Positions 24,012 to 37,687 of a stretch of DNA of 64,000 bases are shown piece by piece (position 1 is the first letter of the stretch; every line of letters starts with the position of its first letter). The notes under the pieces were generated by a model. That model saw only the letters and a list, made by a program, of their open reading frames with translations, had not been told where the DNA came from and did no database searches. The position numbers and the translations under genes were made by a program. The stretch is from Narcine bancroftii. Lineage: Eukaryota. Where the stretch lies: the NCBI RefSeq assembly GCF_036971445.1, contig NC_091470.1, positions 191,394,001 to 191,458,000 on the forward strand, written 5' to 3'.

Positions 24012-25799
24012 TAAGTTGCAAGTTTGCCCTGAATTTTACCAAGCCTGGAGTTTGCTCCACAAGAGGAAGGAATTGCAAATGTGAGGAGGGGCCACTTCCA
24101 ACACTCCCACGGTCCACGCTCCCCCCCCCCCCCCCCATCCATCGATGTGGAGCTCACACGCTGGTTGAAGGAAGTGTTGGAAGTTTGGAGACCAATGTTG
24201 GGAGTTCTTCTTTGAATCGTTCGGACAGGCTGGGCGCGCCTCAAAGAGGGAGAGGCACGTGTGGCAGGTCAGGCGCTGTGCCATGTCCAAATGAACCCCG
24301 GCCGCTTGTTCTGACACCCACCATCATTCAGGGCTCGGAGAGGATGGTCCTGGTTCACATCAACTCCAGCCACCCTCCGGCTCCCACACCACTGAACAGC
24401 CGCCTTCTCCGTGACCTGGAGCTCAGCACCCTCGCTGCAGTCGGATCGCACAGTCAGTGAGGTTCGGTTTCAGCGCCACCTCCACGATCACCCTCCATGC
24501 CGTGTACTCGGCCCCCGACCCCAATCCCTGTTCGCCCGCCAAGGCGAACCGCACCCAGGGCCAACTCCATCTGGGCATCCACCGCGCAGGGCAGGATCTC
24601 CAAAAATCGGGCTAGAGAGGAGAATGGAGGAACGTGCTTTGGGGCTAGGACAACGACCTCTCCCTCAGTGTTAACAACGGTCCGCAACGACGGTGCTGAG
24701 CAGGGGATGGCCGAGGGCTTTGTGACTGGGGAGTAAACGTCTGCAGTGACCGGTCCTGGTCCATCCAATGGCCAAGAAAGGGCAGGAGGAGGCTTCACTT
24801 GTCACCAGTTTCCCCGAACCCCGTCTACAGGGGCCCCAGTGGGAGGATCCTGTCATGGTCCCTGTGGGATGGGAACCCGTCCCCCAACACCCCGAGGAGC
24901 TGCAGAGGGTTGTGAACATGATCAATACCTCCGCCGCAACACTCCTCCTCTCCGCCACACCCTCGCCCCGCAGAATTATTACTAATTGGTAGTGCAAAAT
25001 TAAACTGTACACAGTGTAAACATGTAAACAAATAACAAGTATACGGACAGTGAATGCAATGCAATACAGAAAGAATTTTTAAAAATCAATAAAGTGCACA
25101 AGAGCCCTTAAATGAGACCCTGATTGAGTTTGTGGTTGAGGAGTCTGATGGTAGAGGGGGAGCAGCTGTTCCTGAACCTGGTGGGGCGAGTCTTGTGACA
25201 TGGAGACCTCTTTCCTGGTGCCAGCAGCGAGAACAGAGGGTGTGCTGCGTGGTGACGGTCATTAGCAAGGCAACATTTCGAGTATTGTGTACAGTTCTGG
25301 TCGTCTTGTTATAGGAAGGATGTTATTAAATTGCACACGGAGCAGGAAAGATAAGGCCCTTCAGCCCATCTAGTCTGTGCCAAACTATTTCTCTCCATCC
25401 CACTGACTTGTATCTGACCATAGCTCTCTGAACCCATCCCATCCATGAACATATCCAAACTTTACTTAAATATCAAATTTGAGCCTACATTCACCATTCC
25501 AGCTGGCAGCTGGTTCCACACTCCCACCACTCTCTGCATGAAGATGTTCCCCCTAAACCTTTCCCTTTTCACCCTAAACCCACGTCCTTTACGTCTTTGC
25601 CTCACCAAACCTGAGAGGAGAAAGCATCAGAAAGGTGATTTGTACAATAATGAGAGGTATCCATAAAGTGGATGGACACTGTTTCCCTGCGGATAGGGAT
25701 GTCTAAAATGAGAGGGTGTGTTTGAGGTGAGAGGGGAAAGTTTGAAAGGGGAAGTGAGGGGAAAGGTTTTCACAAAGGGGTGAGTCACGACTGCTCTTC

Positions 25800-26760
25800 A
25801 GTTACTTGCAGCAAAACATGTCCAAATACAGAAGATAAATCTTCATAAAAAAAACTTTATAAAATTCAGCTGAAAGACCATCATCTCCTGATGACTTTCC
25901 ATTTGGCATTTCCTGTATAGCCTCTTTAATCTCAAAATCTGTGAATGGAGCTTCCACTTCTTTAACCTCTTTCTCCCCTAAAACAGGTAAATTTAATTTA
26001 GATAAATAAGATTCAATAGAACCAGCATCCTGTTTCCCCTCAGAAGTATATAATTTTTTTTGTAAAATGAATAAAACTGATCATTAATTTCCTGAGGTTT
26101 ATAGGTAACTGATGAATTCTTTTTCACAGCATTAATAGTTTGTGATGCCTGTTCTGTTTTTAATTGCCATGCTAATACTTTATGAGCTCTCTCACCTAAT
26201 TCATAATAACGTGGCTTAGATCGATTAAGTAGGCGCTCATACTGATAAGTTTGTAATGTATTATAATGCAACTTCAACTTCATTAAAGCAGCTTTTTTTA
26301 ATCTTCTGTAACATCTTTCTGAAATTCCTTATCCAAGTCAGTAATTTGTTTCTCTAACATTAAACTTTCCGCTACATATTGCTTTTTAACTTTCGTAGTA
26401 TAACTAATGATTTGCCCTCGTAAATAAGCTTTCAAAGCATCCCACAGTACAAAATCACTACGTACTGAATTAACATTCTCAACCAAAAATAATGCAATCT
26501 GCTCCTTAACAAAAGTAATAAACTCAGGTGTCTTCAATAGCATTATATTAAATCTCCATCTATAAGATGATTGCACCACCTCTGAACTCACACAAGAAAA
26601 AAATAACATAGAATGATCCGATATTACCTGACTTTTATATTCAGCCTGCAATACTCTACCCAACAAATGTGCTGAAATAAAAAAAATCTAGAAAATGAGT
26701 CATGTCTAGAAGAATGAAAAGAAAAATCTTTCTCTGTCGGGCTCACTCTCCTCCAAACAT
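25800..26760 (-). mobile_element. L1 ORF2 fragment (endonuclease C-terminus to pre-RT)
   Basis: ISDH..WRFNIMLL..LWDALKAYLRGQIISY; YYELGERAHKVLAWQLK; a second deleted L1 piece lies at about 28800-29075. Confidence 0.8.
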
Positions 26761-26764
26761 CCAG

Positions 26765-28720
26765 GTAGAAGACAATGAAATCAAGGTCCTTGCTGACCAT
26801 GTCCATGAAATGCTGAAACGTCTGGGCTATATTCATTAATTCAAAAAGCATTCAAAAAGGCCGAAAGGTGTAATAATGGCTGTTTTCGGGATGTCGTTAG
26901 GGTGCACCAGAATCTGATGGTACCTCTTGATGAGGCCTACCTTTGAGAAAATTTGTCAACCCTGAAGTCATGTGGCAAAGTCCTAGACATGTGGGAGGAG
27001 GTATCCTTCTGGGACTGTGATATCATTGAGTCGTCTAAGCCACCGCATGGACCCCAACAGACAGAGTTCTTCTGGACCATTTGCAGCGGGAATGCCCAGA
27101 AGCTGTTTGAAGGCAGATGATACCCAACTCCTCCATGGCAGTAGACTTGGTCTTGGCTTGGAGGAGTTTGTCTTGTGAGAGGTGCCATGCCTGTGCATAA
27201 ACTGGGGGCCACGGTGATCTTGATGTGGTGCTCCACGCCATGTGCTGGTTTAGCTTCGTGGAAATTGAGTGTACAGTGACAGGTACTTGGCCAGTAAAAG
27301 GGCATATTCATCGCAGTCTGTTGATGCCCAACGGTGAAAAGGAACTTGAGGGGGTATGACTGGAATGTGGTAGCATTGATCAAGTGGCATCTGTTCATGT
27401 TACCACGATCTTATGTGTCGGGAAGAAATCGTCTCCGAGTAGGACTTGCCCAATGGACGCAATCATACACTTCCAATGTAAAACAGTTCCCACAGCATGG
27501 ATTGTGACCAGATGAGTGCCAAAGCTTGGAATGGAGGAGCCATTGGATGCCTGTAGGGGGAGGCCCTTGGGGTTGTGCTTGAGCTTGAAGTACATCGGCA
27601 GGATGAGCCTTATCTCTGCATCCATGTTGACTAGGAAATCTCTCCTTGTCTGCTGGTCCTTTAATAGGGTAGGCCTTTATGTGTGCCAACCGCGAGGCCA
27701 CTATAGGTGGCCTGTTTGTTTTATGTTGCTGTGCTTGACTTGGTGTTAGGGTACAAGCATGGAGGGATGCACCGCCAAGTGTTACAGCCCTATCTGCAGT
27801 GGTAGAAACAGTAATTACTCTGTTTATCTGAGCGCTCGTTACATTGCAGTTAGGCCGCGGCTACTGCTGGCAGAATTGATGGGCAGCTGTGCTGGAGGCA
27901 CCAACTGCGTAGATCAGTGGTACATGTTGCAGGGTGCAGAAAACCCTAATTGCTTCCTTGGTTACCAGGTGTGGGGGGCTGGAATCCATGTCGGATATTG
28001 TCGAGGAAATGTGCACCGGTACCTTGGAGAGGAACAGGGCCTCGAACAAGAAACAGTTTGTGTGTGTCCGCTAAAGTCACCATTTCGTGTATGAGCTCAG
28101 ACAGATTTCTATCGCCCAGGCCTTGCATATTCAGGATGTGGACGGCGCGCTTGTGTTGGCTGAGTTCTATGGAATCGAGGAGGAATTGTTCATTCATACA
28201 CTCCGTAGGAGGATTTTTCATGAAAGAGCTTACTTTTACTGCAGTAGCAGTGTCCAGGACACTGATGACATGCCAGAACTTGGTATCCTCTGAGACACTG
28301 CCTCTGATCTAGAACTGTGACTCGGCCAGTTGTAACCAGTTCCTAGGCTGATTGGCTCAGAAGGGTGGCAAATGCATGCCCACAGAGTTGGTCACATCCT
28401 GCATTTTGTCGTATTCGAGGTGGGTTCCAAAGACCACACACAAAGTGAACCAGTAAATTACTTTATTTGAATCTCTCATGCTGCTTTAAGGGGACAACCT
28501 ACTTCCTGTCTGGGGAGCATTGGTCTAAAGGAGTGATGTCAGCCCTTTGTGGGGTCACTGACTGCCCAGCGACGCACAACCAGAAAGTGGCGACATCTCC
28601 CAGGCAACGCGGATCGCCAAACATATACTTCTCCTGAGAAGAGAAGGAGGCCCACGCCATCTTGTCTCAACCGACTGGGGCAGCGATTCGGCCCATCTAA
28701 CCATGTGGTCACTTGGCCCA
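26765..28720 (-). mobile_element. Degenerate Gypsy gag-pol (similar to the 16.1k and 46.9k copies) inserted among L1 fragments
   Basis: Gag GLGDRNLSELIHEM, PR-RT remnants HGVEHHIKIT, MEELGII, FQHFMDMV..YLD. Confidence 0.75.
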
Positions 28721-29074
28721 CTACATTTTTCTCTTTATTAAGCCTTTCCTTTATTATCAGAAGCCTTTTCCCAAACTCTCTATTTATTTTTCCAATTGGT
28801 CAACTTCTTTAGCATAATCCTTCTTCATTTTAACTAAGTAACTTATTATCTGACCTCGTAAATACGCCTTCAAAGCATCCCATAAAATAAATTTATTATC
28901 CACTGAATTAGAATTTATTTCTATAAATTCCCAGCAGGATTTGTGACCATAAATTGAATCTTAACAGGTAAAATCTTTTTAATCAAAATAGCCCAATGAT
29001 GAAGCTGCCACTTGTCCTGTCCAATCACTTTTTAATTTTTGTTGTTCTTTCTCTGTTAAATGTGTCTCTTGTAA

Positions 29075-30775
29075 ACCTCCCTCACCCTACCCCTCCCTCC
29101 CTCCACCCCAGCCTCACTCCACCCACTTAAATCTCACCCTACCCCACCCCAGCCTTATTCACCCTCCTTAAACCTTACCCTACCTCTCCCATCTTCACCC
29201 CAGCCTCACTCCCCTCCTTAAACCTCACCCTACCTCTCCCATCTTCACCCCTGTCTCATTCCCCTCCTTAAACCACACTCTACCTCTCCCCACTTCAATC
29301 CAGCCTCACTCCCTTCCTTAAACCTCACCCTACCTCTCCCTTCCTCATGCCAGCCTCACTTCCTGTAAAGGTTAAAAACCTTGTGTTTCTGATTTTAGTT
29401 GATTTTGTGCCTATCCCTTTAAGAAAAACTGTTGTTTGTAGTGTTACAATAGTTACTATGATGTCATATATCATAATATCTGAGCAGAAAGAATCATGAG
29501 ATTTTCGAGAATCATGAGAAGCTCGAGACACTGAAATCGTCTTAAATCATCTTAATCATCTTAATTTTGGCTTATATCTGTTTAAAGTTGAATATCGTTA
29601 TCTTATAATACAGTATAATTTGTTTACTCATTGCTATGAAAATCTCAATGTGAAGTTATGCAAAATGTTTATTAATTTTATCAACAAATTAAAGCTACTT
29701 ACAGCTGCTACTATGGAATTTGATTTATGGATTAATAAGATGGTAATTCGGAATATCATCACTCATGTTTCTGAGAAGATGACACGTTTTGAAATTGGGA
29801 AATATTAGAACTTGGAAAGTGTTTTCTTTATTCTTATTCAAAATAAAGTTATGATTGTAAATTATGTTTGGGAAAAGGCTCATAAATTTTGGATGAACAA
29901 ACTCAATGTATTAAGCATTTAAGCTTTAAAGAAGTCTCCATGAGAACATGTTGGTCTGACTGCAGACACCTGTAAACTTGAAGAGATTATATAGAAAGCT
30001 ACCAGCCAGAATCTGGCAGGAAGCCCTGAAGAATGTTTTGAAAAGTTGTACAAACAACTGATATGCCACCCTGTGTGAAGAACACAGATTGAAGACAGCC
30101 AGAGAAATCTTCTTAAAGGATACAAATTTGTTTACAGTTCACAGGAAACCAGGAGAAGACCGGCTGCAGTGTGAAGAATTCAAGATGGAGAAGAAGTCTC
30201 ATTGGGCTAAAGATCTTGAGCAAACATTCCCCTCCTTAAACCTCACCCTACCTCTCTCTTCCCCAACGCAGCCTAACTGCCCCTCTTTAAACCTCCCTCA
30301 GCCTCCCTCTCCCTTCCTCACCCCATTCCCACTCCCCTTCCTTAGACCTCACCCTACCTCTCCCTCCCTGAATCCAGGCTCACTCGCCCTCCTTAAACCT
30401 CACCGTACCTTACCCCAGCCTCACACTCCCTTCTGAAACCTCATTTGACCTCTCCCTCACCCCATCCTCATTCCCCTCCTTAACCCTCACCCTAATTCTC
30501 CCTCCCTGAATCTAGCCTTACTTGTCCTCCTTAAACCTCACCCTACCTCTCCCTTCCTCACCCTCATCCTCATTCCCCTCCTTAACCCTCATCCTATCCC
30601 TTCCCCACTCCTGCTCCCCTCCTTTACTCCCTCACCCCCTTACCCCACCATCCTCTTCCCTCTTCCTCTCATCACTCATCTCCTCACCCCACCCCTTACT
30701 CAGTCTTCCCCCTCACTATGCTCCTATTTCCTTCATCCCAACTTTACTCCCTCACCCCCATTCTTCAAGCCCCCC
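29075..30775. repeat. C-rich about 50-bp minisatellite (29075-29363, 30227-30775)
   Basis: Repeated CCTCCTTAAACCTCACCCTACCTCTCCC..CAGCCTCACT units. Confidence 0.8.
29364..30226. mobile_element. Solo-LTR-like insertion splitting a C-rich minisatellite
   Basis: TGTAAAG...AAACA with a TTCC 4-bp TSD; AT-rich; the same minisatellite resumes on both sides. Confidence 0.65.
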
Positions 30776-30900
30776 ATAATTCTGAACACCGAATGCAAAA
30801 CAATAGAACATGGAACGTAGAACATTGAATTCTGCAGAACATAATGCCCTTCAGCCCACAGTGCTTTGCTGACTTCATAGCCTCTACTGGAACAACTGCC

Positions 30901-32325
30901 CTGAATTTCCCTGCTGCTTTCCCCCACCCCCTTTTTCTCACCCTTCCTTTTTTCTTTTAAAAGATCCTATTGTCCCTGCCTTCACCACCATTGCTGGCAG
31001 CACATTCCATGCACCCACTCCTCTCTGTGTGAAGAACCTGCCTCTTATATCCCCCCTGTATTTACTTCAAAGCACCTTAAAAATATCTCCGCTTATGTTA
31101 GCCAGTTCAGCCCCGGTGAAAGCCACTGACCATCCACATGATCAATGCTGCTCATTGCCTTGAGCACCTCTATCAGGTCATCCCCTCCTCCTTCGCTCCA
31201 AGGAGAAAAGACCAAATTCACTTGACACCTCCTCATAAGGTGTGCACTCCAATCCAGGCAATTCACCATCTCTGTAGCACCCACATCCTTCTTGTTGTGA
31301 GGTGACCAGAATTGTACACAATGTTCTAAGTGGGGTCTAATTAAAATCTTGTATAGTTGCAACATTACCTCATGGCTCTTGAACACGATCCCACAGTTAA
31401 TGAAGGTGTTTACCTTCATGACAACACTATCAATCTGTGCAGCACCTGTGGACACGTATCCTCAGATTTCTCAGTTATGGTCTTTCAGCACACGTTTTGT
31501 ATCCATACATTTCCATCACTGTATATATTGTTACATTAATTTCCATTGCCACCACTGTGACACCTTGTACTTAATCCCTCCACCTCATGGAGTGAGGGAC
31601 TTACCCTTGGTCTCACCCTCTCAGTGCCCAGTAATGGGAGGGCTCTAGACTGTGGACCTTCCCCCCCCCCCCCAAGTGCCCCCACATTGGCTGCACCAAG
31701 CCTTAGTGCGTCCCTCAGCACATACTTCTGCAGCCTGGAATGTGACAGTTGGCAGCACTCCCTCATCAACATCTCCGTCTGCTGAAAGACCATAACTGAG
31801 TGTTGTCACGAAGGTAAACGCCTTCATTAACTGTGGGATCGTGTTCAAGAGCCATGAGATAATGTTGCAACTATTAGAAGATTTTAATGAGACCCCACTT
31901 GGAACATTGTGTACAGTTCTGGTCACCTCACTACAGGAAGGATGTGGGTGCTACAGAGAGGGTGAATTGCCTGGATTGGAATGCACACTTTATGAGGACA
32001 TGTCGAGTGAATTTGGCCTTTTCTCCTTGGAGTGATGGAGGAGGAGGAGGAGGGGGTGACCTGATAGAGGTGCTCAAGGCCATGAGCAGCATTGATCATG
32101 TGGATGGTCAGTGGCTTTCACTAGGGCTGAACTGTCTAACATAAGCGGAGATATTTTTAAGGTGCTTCGAAGAAAATACAGGGGGGATATAAGAGGCAGG
32201 TTCTTCACACAGAGAGGAGTGGGTGCATGGAATGTGCTACCAGTACAAGGCAGGGACAATAGGATCTTTCAAAAGAAAAAAAGGAAGGGTAAGAAAAAGG
32301 GGGGGAAAGCAGCAGGGAAATTCAG
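30901..32325. repeat. Inverted duplication arms 30901-31430 and 31799-32325
   Basis: The CR1 pieces share identical deletions and frameshifts and the same non-CR1 flank (ctgaatttccctgctgctttccccc and its reverse complement). Confidence 0.85.
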
Positions 32326-32945
32326 ACCTTCGGTGGAGTAGACTCTGAAATATATTTACCCTCTACCCAAGACAGATCAAACCAGAGGGCATACATTTGG
32401 CAACAGTGGGGAAATTTTGAGGGGATCTGAGGGGGACCATGACATCAAAGATGATGGGTAGAAGTGCTCCTGTGACTTATGGCCTTAAGGACATGACCTT
32501 CTTCACCCAGAGAGTGGGGAGTACCTGGAACACATCCAGATGGAGTGGTGGGAGGAGAGGGTTTAACAAGTGTCACCCAGGGATAGACAGATGCCGGTCA
32601 AGCGCTGGATTGTGAGGTTAGTCCAGATGGACAGACCAAATGTAGTGTTCCTGTCTTGAAATGACTCTGACGGGCATCGTTCTGATTCCAAGGAGGAAAG
32701 TGTTGGACAATGCAAGGTTAACCTATTGTGCACTTGAACCTGACGTGCATTGTACAGGGAAGAAAATGTCAAGTGAGTGGTATCTGGAAAGTCCCTGGAA
32801 CAGGTTCAACCAAACCACGGTCAACTGATAGGTTCACCAGTAACTCCGCCCCCAGCCAATCGACCAATGCTCAGGGGCAGCCGAAAGGTGTCACCAGTTG
32901 CTGGCAGAAATAGGTCCGTTCTCGTGTGAAATGGCTGGATGTTGT

Positions 32946-35900
32946 TGTCATGATAATGAATATGTATGAGATGTACCGGAAGTCACGTAGTAGGAGAGAG
33001 AGATAAGAACACAAGCAGGAGAACAAAGGAAACGGGAGAATAAAGCCACAGAGAAGTTTACCTGATAAACTTGTGTTTAATGTTTTATTAACTTCACATT
33101 TCGGGCCACAAATGTGACATTGGCGACGAGGATGAAAGAAGCTTGAAGAAAATTAAAGACTAAACAAGATTACAGAGGATTACAGACAACTTCAAGGTGA
33201 TAAGAATTTTCTCTGTGACTCAGTACTTTGGGGCTGAAATATTTCCTCATGGCTGGTGCAAACAGTGACTTTCTAACACATAGTGGAATTGCTCATTTTG
33301 ACCCGACTGGTGATGCAAGCACTGTAAGTGTGAAGTGGAAGACACGGCTGGAAGAATTTGAATCCTATGCCGACAGTCATGGCCTATTTCTACATACCGG
33401 TACGGTTGAACAAAAAGCGCAGAGAAGGGCGTTACTTCTTTTCACTGCGGGACCCTCTGTTCGGGAAACATTTAAGACACTTTTGAATACTGGAAGAAAG
33501 GATGAGTACCAGAAAGCGGTAGATGCATTAAATGCACACTATGTAGTGACACCGAATGCTACATTTCAACGCTATTTGTTTCGGAGAACGAGACAAGAAG
33601 ATGACCAGACAATTGCTCAGTACGTGACGAGACTACGCCAGCTAGCTGTTGGATGCAATTACATGCCAGCTGATTTGGACAACCAATTATTGGATCAAGT
33701 CGTACAGCACTGCAGATCAGATAAACTCAGAAGACGTCTACTGGAAAGAGGGAGTGAGTTGGAACTCACCGATGCTTTAACCATTGCTGCTGCATTAGAG
33801 GCTGTTGAAGGGCAATTTCATACCATGACCCTGAAAGACAACTCAAGCCAGCAAATTAAGAGGCTCTCACATCGCCATAATCAGCCAAGATATACGTCGA
33901 CACATGACGTGGAGTGTTATCGATGTGGAAACCGAGGTCACTTTGGAAAAGACCCATATTGCCTGGCCAAAGTCAAACTTTGCAGAAAGTGTAGAGGTAA
34001 GGACCACTTTGCAAAGAAGTGCAAAAGCAAGTCCAATGCAGACCAGAAGAGGAAGAGTACAACTTCCAAAGGCAAAGCCTGGGGGAAAGAAAAGTATCCT
34101 GGAAAGAAAGATACCATTCGCCAGATAGACAGTGACGATGATGATACCCAGGAGGAACAGAGTTGTTACCAATTTACGTTGAATGAAGTACATCATGAGA
34201 AAGTCCCAGTGATCATTGGTAGAGTGACAGTTCAGGTCATTGTAGACTCAGGCAGTGACAGTAATGTGATTGATCGACATTTATGGGAGAAGTTGAAAAG
34301 GAAAAAGATCATCTGTACCTCAAAGAAGTGTTCCAAGAAACTGTATCCATACAAAGCAACCAAGCCATTGCAGACCATTGGATGTTTTACTGCAACTTTT
34401 GAAGCTGGAGGTAAGTACACCGAAGCAGAGTTTATGGTCATAGAAGAGAGGGGAGAACCATTGCTGAGTAGAAGAGACCTGGCAATACTTCATATTGGAG
34501 CTTGTGTCAATTCAATTCAGTCATACGAGGATATGAAGCAAGAATTCCCCGCAGTTTTCCAAGGAGTAGGAAAGCTGAAAGGTCGACAATTGAAGCTAGC
34601 GGTAGATGAAACGGTCAAACCCAAGGTACAACCAATGCGCCGAACTCCGTTTGGACTTCGTGGGAAAGTTGAAGTCAAAATTAAAGAATTGATCGAACAA
34701 GACATTATAGAACCGGTGGAACATTCGACACAATGGGTCAGTCCCGTAGTGATTGTGCCCAAACCAAAGGGTGACATAAGACTATGTGTTGACATGAGAA
34801 TGGCCAATGAAGCTATAATTAGAGAACGACACCCTATACCAACAGTGGAAGAAATACTTCAAGAACTAACTACCAGCAAGGTATTCTCAAAAATTGATCT
34901 GAAATGGGGCTATTATCAATTAGAGCTGGATCCATTATCCCGAGAGGTAACTACATTTGTGATTCACTGTGGATTGTATCGTTACAAGAGACTATCATTT
35001 GGAATTAATGCAGCTTCGGAGATCTACCAGCATGAAATCCATCGAGTGATTCAAGGCATTCCTGGAGTTGCCAACATTTCTGACGACATCATAGTCCATG
35101 CACCAACGAAGGAAGAGCATGACAAACGGTTGAGGCGTGTACTATCTAGACTACAGGAGGCAGGCCTTACCGTGAATGGAAACAAGTACCAGTTCGGTGT
35201 GTCAGAAATGGACTTCATGGGACACAGACTTACACGGAAAGGACTAAACCCTGCAGAGGCCAAGGTGAAAGCTATTGCAGAGGCACGTGCACCTCAGAAC
35301 GCAACAGAGGTGAGGAGTTTCCTAGGATTAGTCAATTTTTGTGCAAAGTTCATTCCTAATTTCGCTACAGTGGCAGAACCACTAAGGAAACTAACCAGGA
35401 AAGGTGTACCATTTCATTTTGGATCTGAGCAGAAGAAAGCGTTCACAGCGCTGAAGCAAAGCCTGACAGATGCAAAAACTCTTGGATATTACGATCCGGC
35501 GGCATCAACCAAAGTCATAGCGGATGCCAGCCCGGTTGGTTTAGGAGCAGTGTTGGTCCAGATGCATGATGGAGGACCAAGAATCATTGCCTATGGCAGC
35601 AGATCGTTATCAGATGTGGAAAGAAGATACTCTCAGACAGAGAAAGAAGCACTCGGACTTGTATGGGCCTGTGAGAGGTTCCATGCATATTTATACGGCA
35701 TTGAATTTGAACTTATCTCAGATCATAAGCCATTAGAGGTGATCTATGCACCTAGATCCAAACCATGTGCCAGAATAGAGAGATGGGTACTCAGACTACA
35801 ATCCTACAAATATAAAGTAATCCACATTGCAGGGAAAGCAAACATTGCTGATCCGCTGTCCAGATTGGTGAAGGATGGTGGTCCACAATCCAAGTCAGAA

Positions 35901-37687
35901 TTGGGAACAGAAACAGAGAGCTTTGTACGCTTCATAGCTATTCAGGCGACAACGAAAGCTGTGACTACGAAGGAAGTCGAGAGAGAATCCGAACGTGATC
36001 CAGAACTCATGGAAGTAAGAGAATGCATACAGAGTGGACAATGGGACAAGTGTACTCACAAGGCTTACATTCCCATAAGAGACGAACTTTTTTGTATCGG
36101 ACAGTGTGTATTGAGAGGTTGCAGATTGGTGATACCGGAAAGATTGAGACTGAAGATCGTATCCTTAGCGCATGAAGGACACCTAGGTATTGTTGGTACC
36201 AAGCAAAACCTCAGGACCAAGGTATGGTAGCCAAGTTGTGATAAAGACGCAGAGAGATTTGTTAAAACTTGTCATGGATGTCAAATCACAAGTAGGAGTA
36301 ATCCGCCAGAACCGATCCGGAGTACGCAACTTCCGACAGGACCATGGATTGACGTAGCTGTTGATTTTCTTGGACCTTTACCGACGGGTGAATCAATTAT
36401 GGTAGTGATAGATTACTACAGCAGATACTATGAGTACGTGGTGTTGAAGTCCACAACCACTGAAAAAACAATACAAGCGTTAGCAGAGATATTCACAAGA
36501 TATGGATTACCTGTTACATTATACTCTGACAATGGTCCACAATTCATTTCAGAGACATTTACGGAATACATGAGGACCACAGGTATCCACCATCATAAAG
36601 TAACTCCGAAATGGCCGCAAGCCAACGGAGAAGTAGAGAGACAAAATCAATCCATTGAAAAACGATTGAGGATTGCACACGCAGAAGGACAAAATTGGCG
36701 AGAAGCATTGCTATCTTATGAGGCTGTCTATCGAGCAACGCCTCATGCAACCATGGAAAAAGTCCTGCAGAAGCATTTTTTGGGAGAAAAATCCGCACAA
36801 AAATGCCAGAAATAAAGGAAATCCGAGACGACCAGGAGATGAGGGACCATGATGCTGAAAAGAAAGGTGCAGCAAAGCTATACACAGATTCGAAACGTGG
36901 AGCCAAGTATTCAGACATCATGCCAGGAGATAATGTTCTAGTGAGGCATGAAACTGGTGGTAAGCTAGACACACCTTATTACCATCAACCCTATACTGTC
37001 ATATCCAGAAGTGGCAGTATGGTGACAGTCAAGTCTCCGACTGGAGTCCTGTATAAGAGAAATGTCTCAGGTGTAAAAATGTACCAATCCAGAGATATAT
37101 CGAGTGAAGAGGTTGAAAGGCCAATACGAGATGCTGAAACTGAGAAACCTGATGATGTTCCAGAGGCAGTTACCAGCACTCCTGATGAAGTGACTAGAGC
37201 GCCAGAAACACCCGAAGCCGTGGCGAGCAGTATTTCCGACGCTGAGAGTGAACAACCGAGAAGCGACGACAATATCGCAGGCAGGCCAAAACGAAACCGG
37301 AAAGTGCCCAAACGATACTAAGACTTTGTGCCATAGTTTTAATAAGAACTTTGGGACAGTATTTAATCTTATATTATAAAGTGCATGTATGAGTGCTGTA
37401 GGAAGTAAATTTTATGTAGTTGAGTTATAGTATTACCATTAGTTACGATGTTTGTAGGTTTCCGAGGGATATTGGTAAGTGAAGGTAAAGTTTATTTCTA
37501 ATTAGAGGAGGGATGTCATGATAATGAATATGTATGAGATGTACCAGAAGTCACATAGTAGGAGAGAGAGATAAGAACACAAGCAGGAGAACAAAGGAAA
37601 CGGGAGAATAAAGCCACAGAGAAGTTTACCTGATAAACTTGTGTTTAATGTTTTATTAACTTCACATTTCGGGCCACAGATGTGACA
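32946..37687 (+). mobile_element. Full-length young Ty3/Gypsy LTR retrotransposon (Mag-like, single gag-pol frame)
   Basis: 174-bp LTRs 32946-33119 and 37514-37687 (TGTCA...TGACA, 3 mismatches); 5-bp TSD GTTGT; PBS TGGCGACGAGGATG 33121-33134 complementary to the tRNA-Ser(GCT) 3' end; PPT AGAGGAGGGA 37504-37513. Confidence 0.97.
33249..37321 (+). pseudogene. Gypsy gag-pol polyprotein (Gag CCHC x2, PR, RT, RNase H, IN) disrupted by one stop and one frameshift
   Basis: CYRCGNRGH...C and CRKCRGKDH...C knuckles; DSGS protease; LCVDMR, KIDL, YKRLSFG, ISDD RT; DASPVGLGAVL and DHKPL RNase H; integrase HHCC and DDE (VDF, SDNG, NGEVER). TAG at 36228-36230 (expected KVWWP) and a frameshift near 36753. 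Confidence 0.93.

Larger units (their letters stand above)
21050..24720. other. CpG-rich domain spanning the MHC IIA promoter, exon 1 and proximal intron 1
   Basis: Visibly much higher CG dinucleotide density than the CpG-depleted flanks, even within the repeats in this interval. Confidence 0.65.
19461..25666. repeat. Inverted duplication arms 19461-20298 and 24970-25666
   Basis: Both arms share the same chimeric CR1/CR1/Rex1 junctions; ORFs 19994+ ([20 protein letters not shown]) and 25268- (LMTVTTQHTLCSRCWHQERG) are near-identical. Confidence 0.85.

Noticed and set aside
23960-24460. 166-aa plus-strand ORF over the promoter
   Set aside because: GTG start, no recognisable domain; expected by chance in a GC-rich CpG domain.
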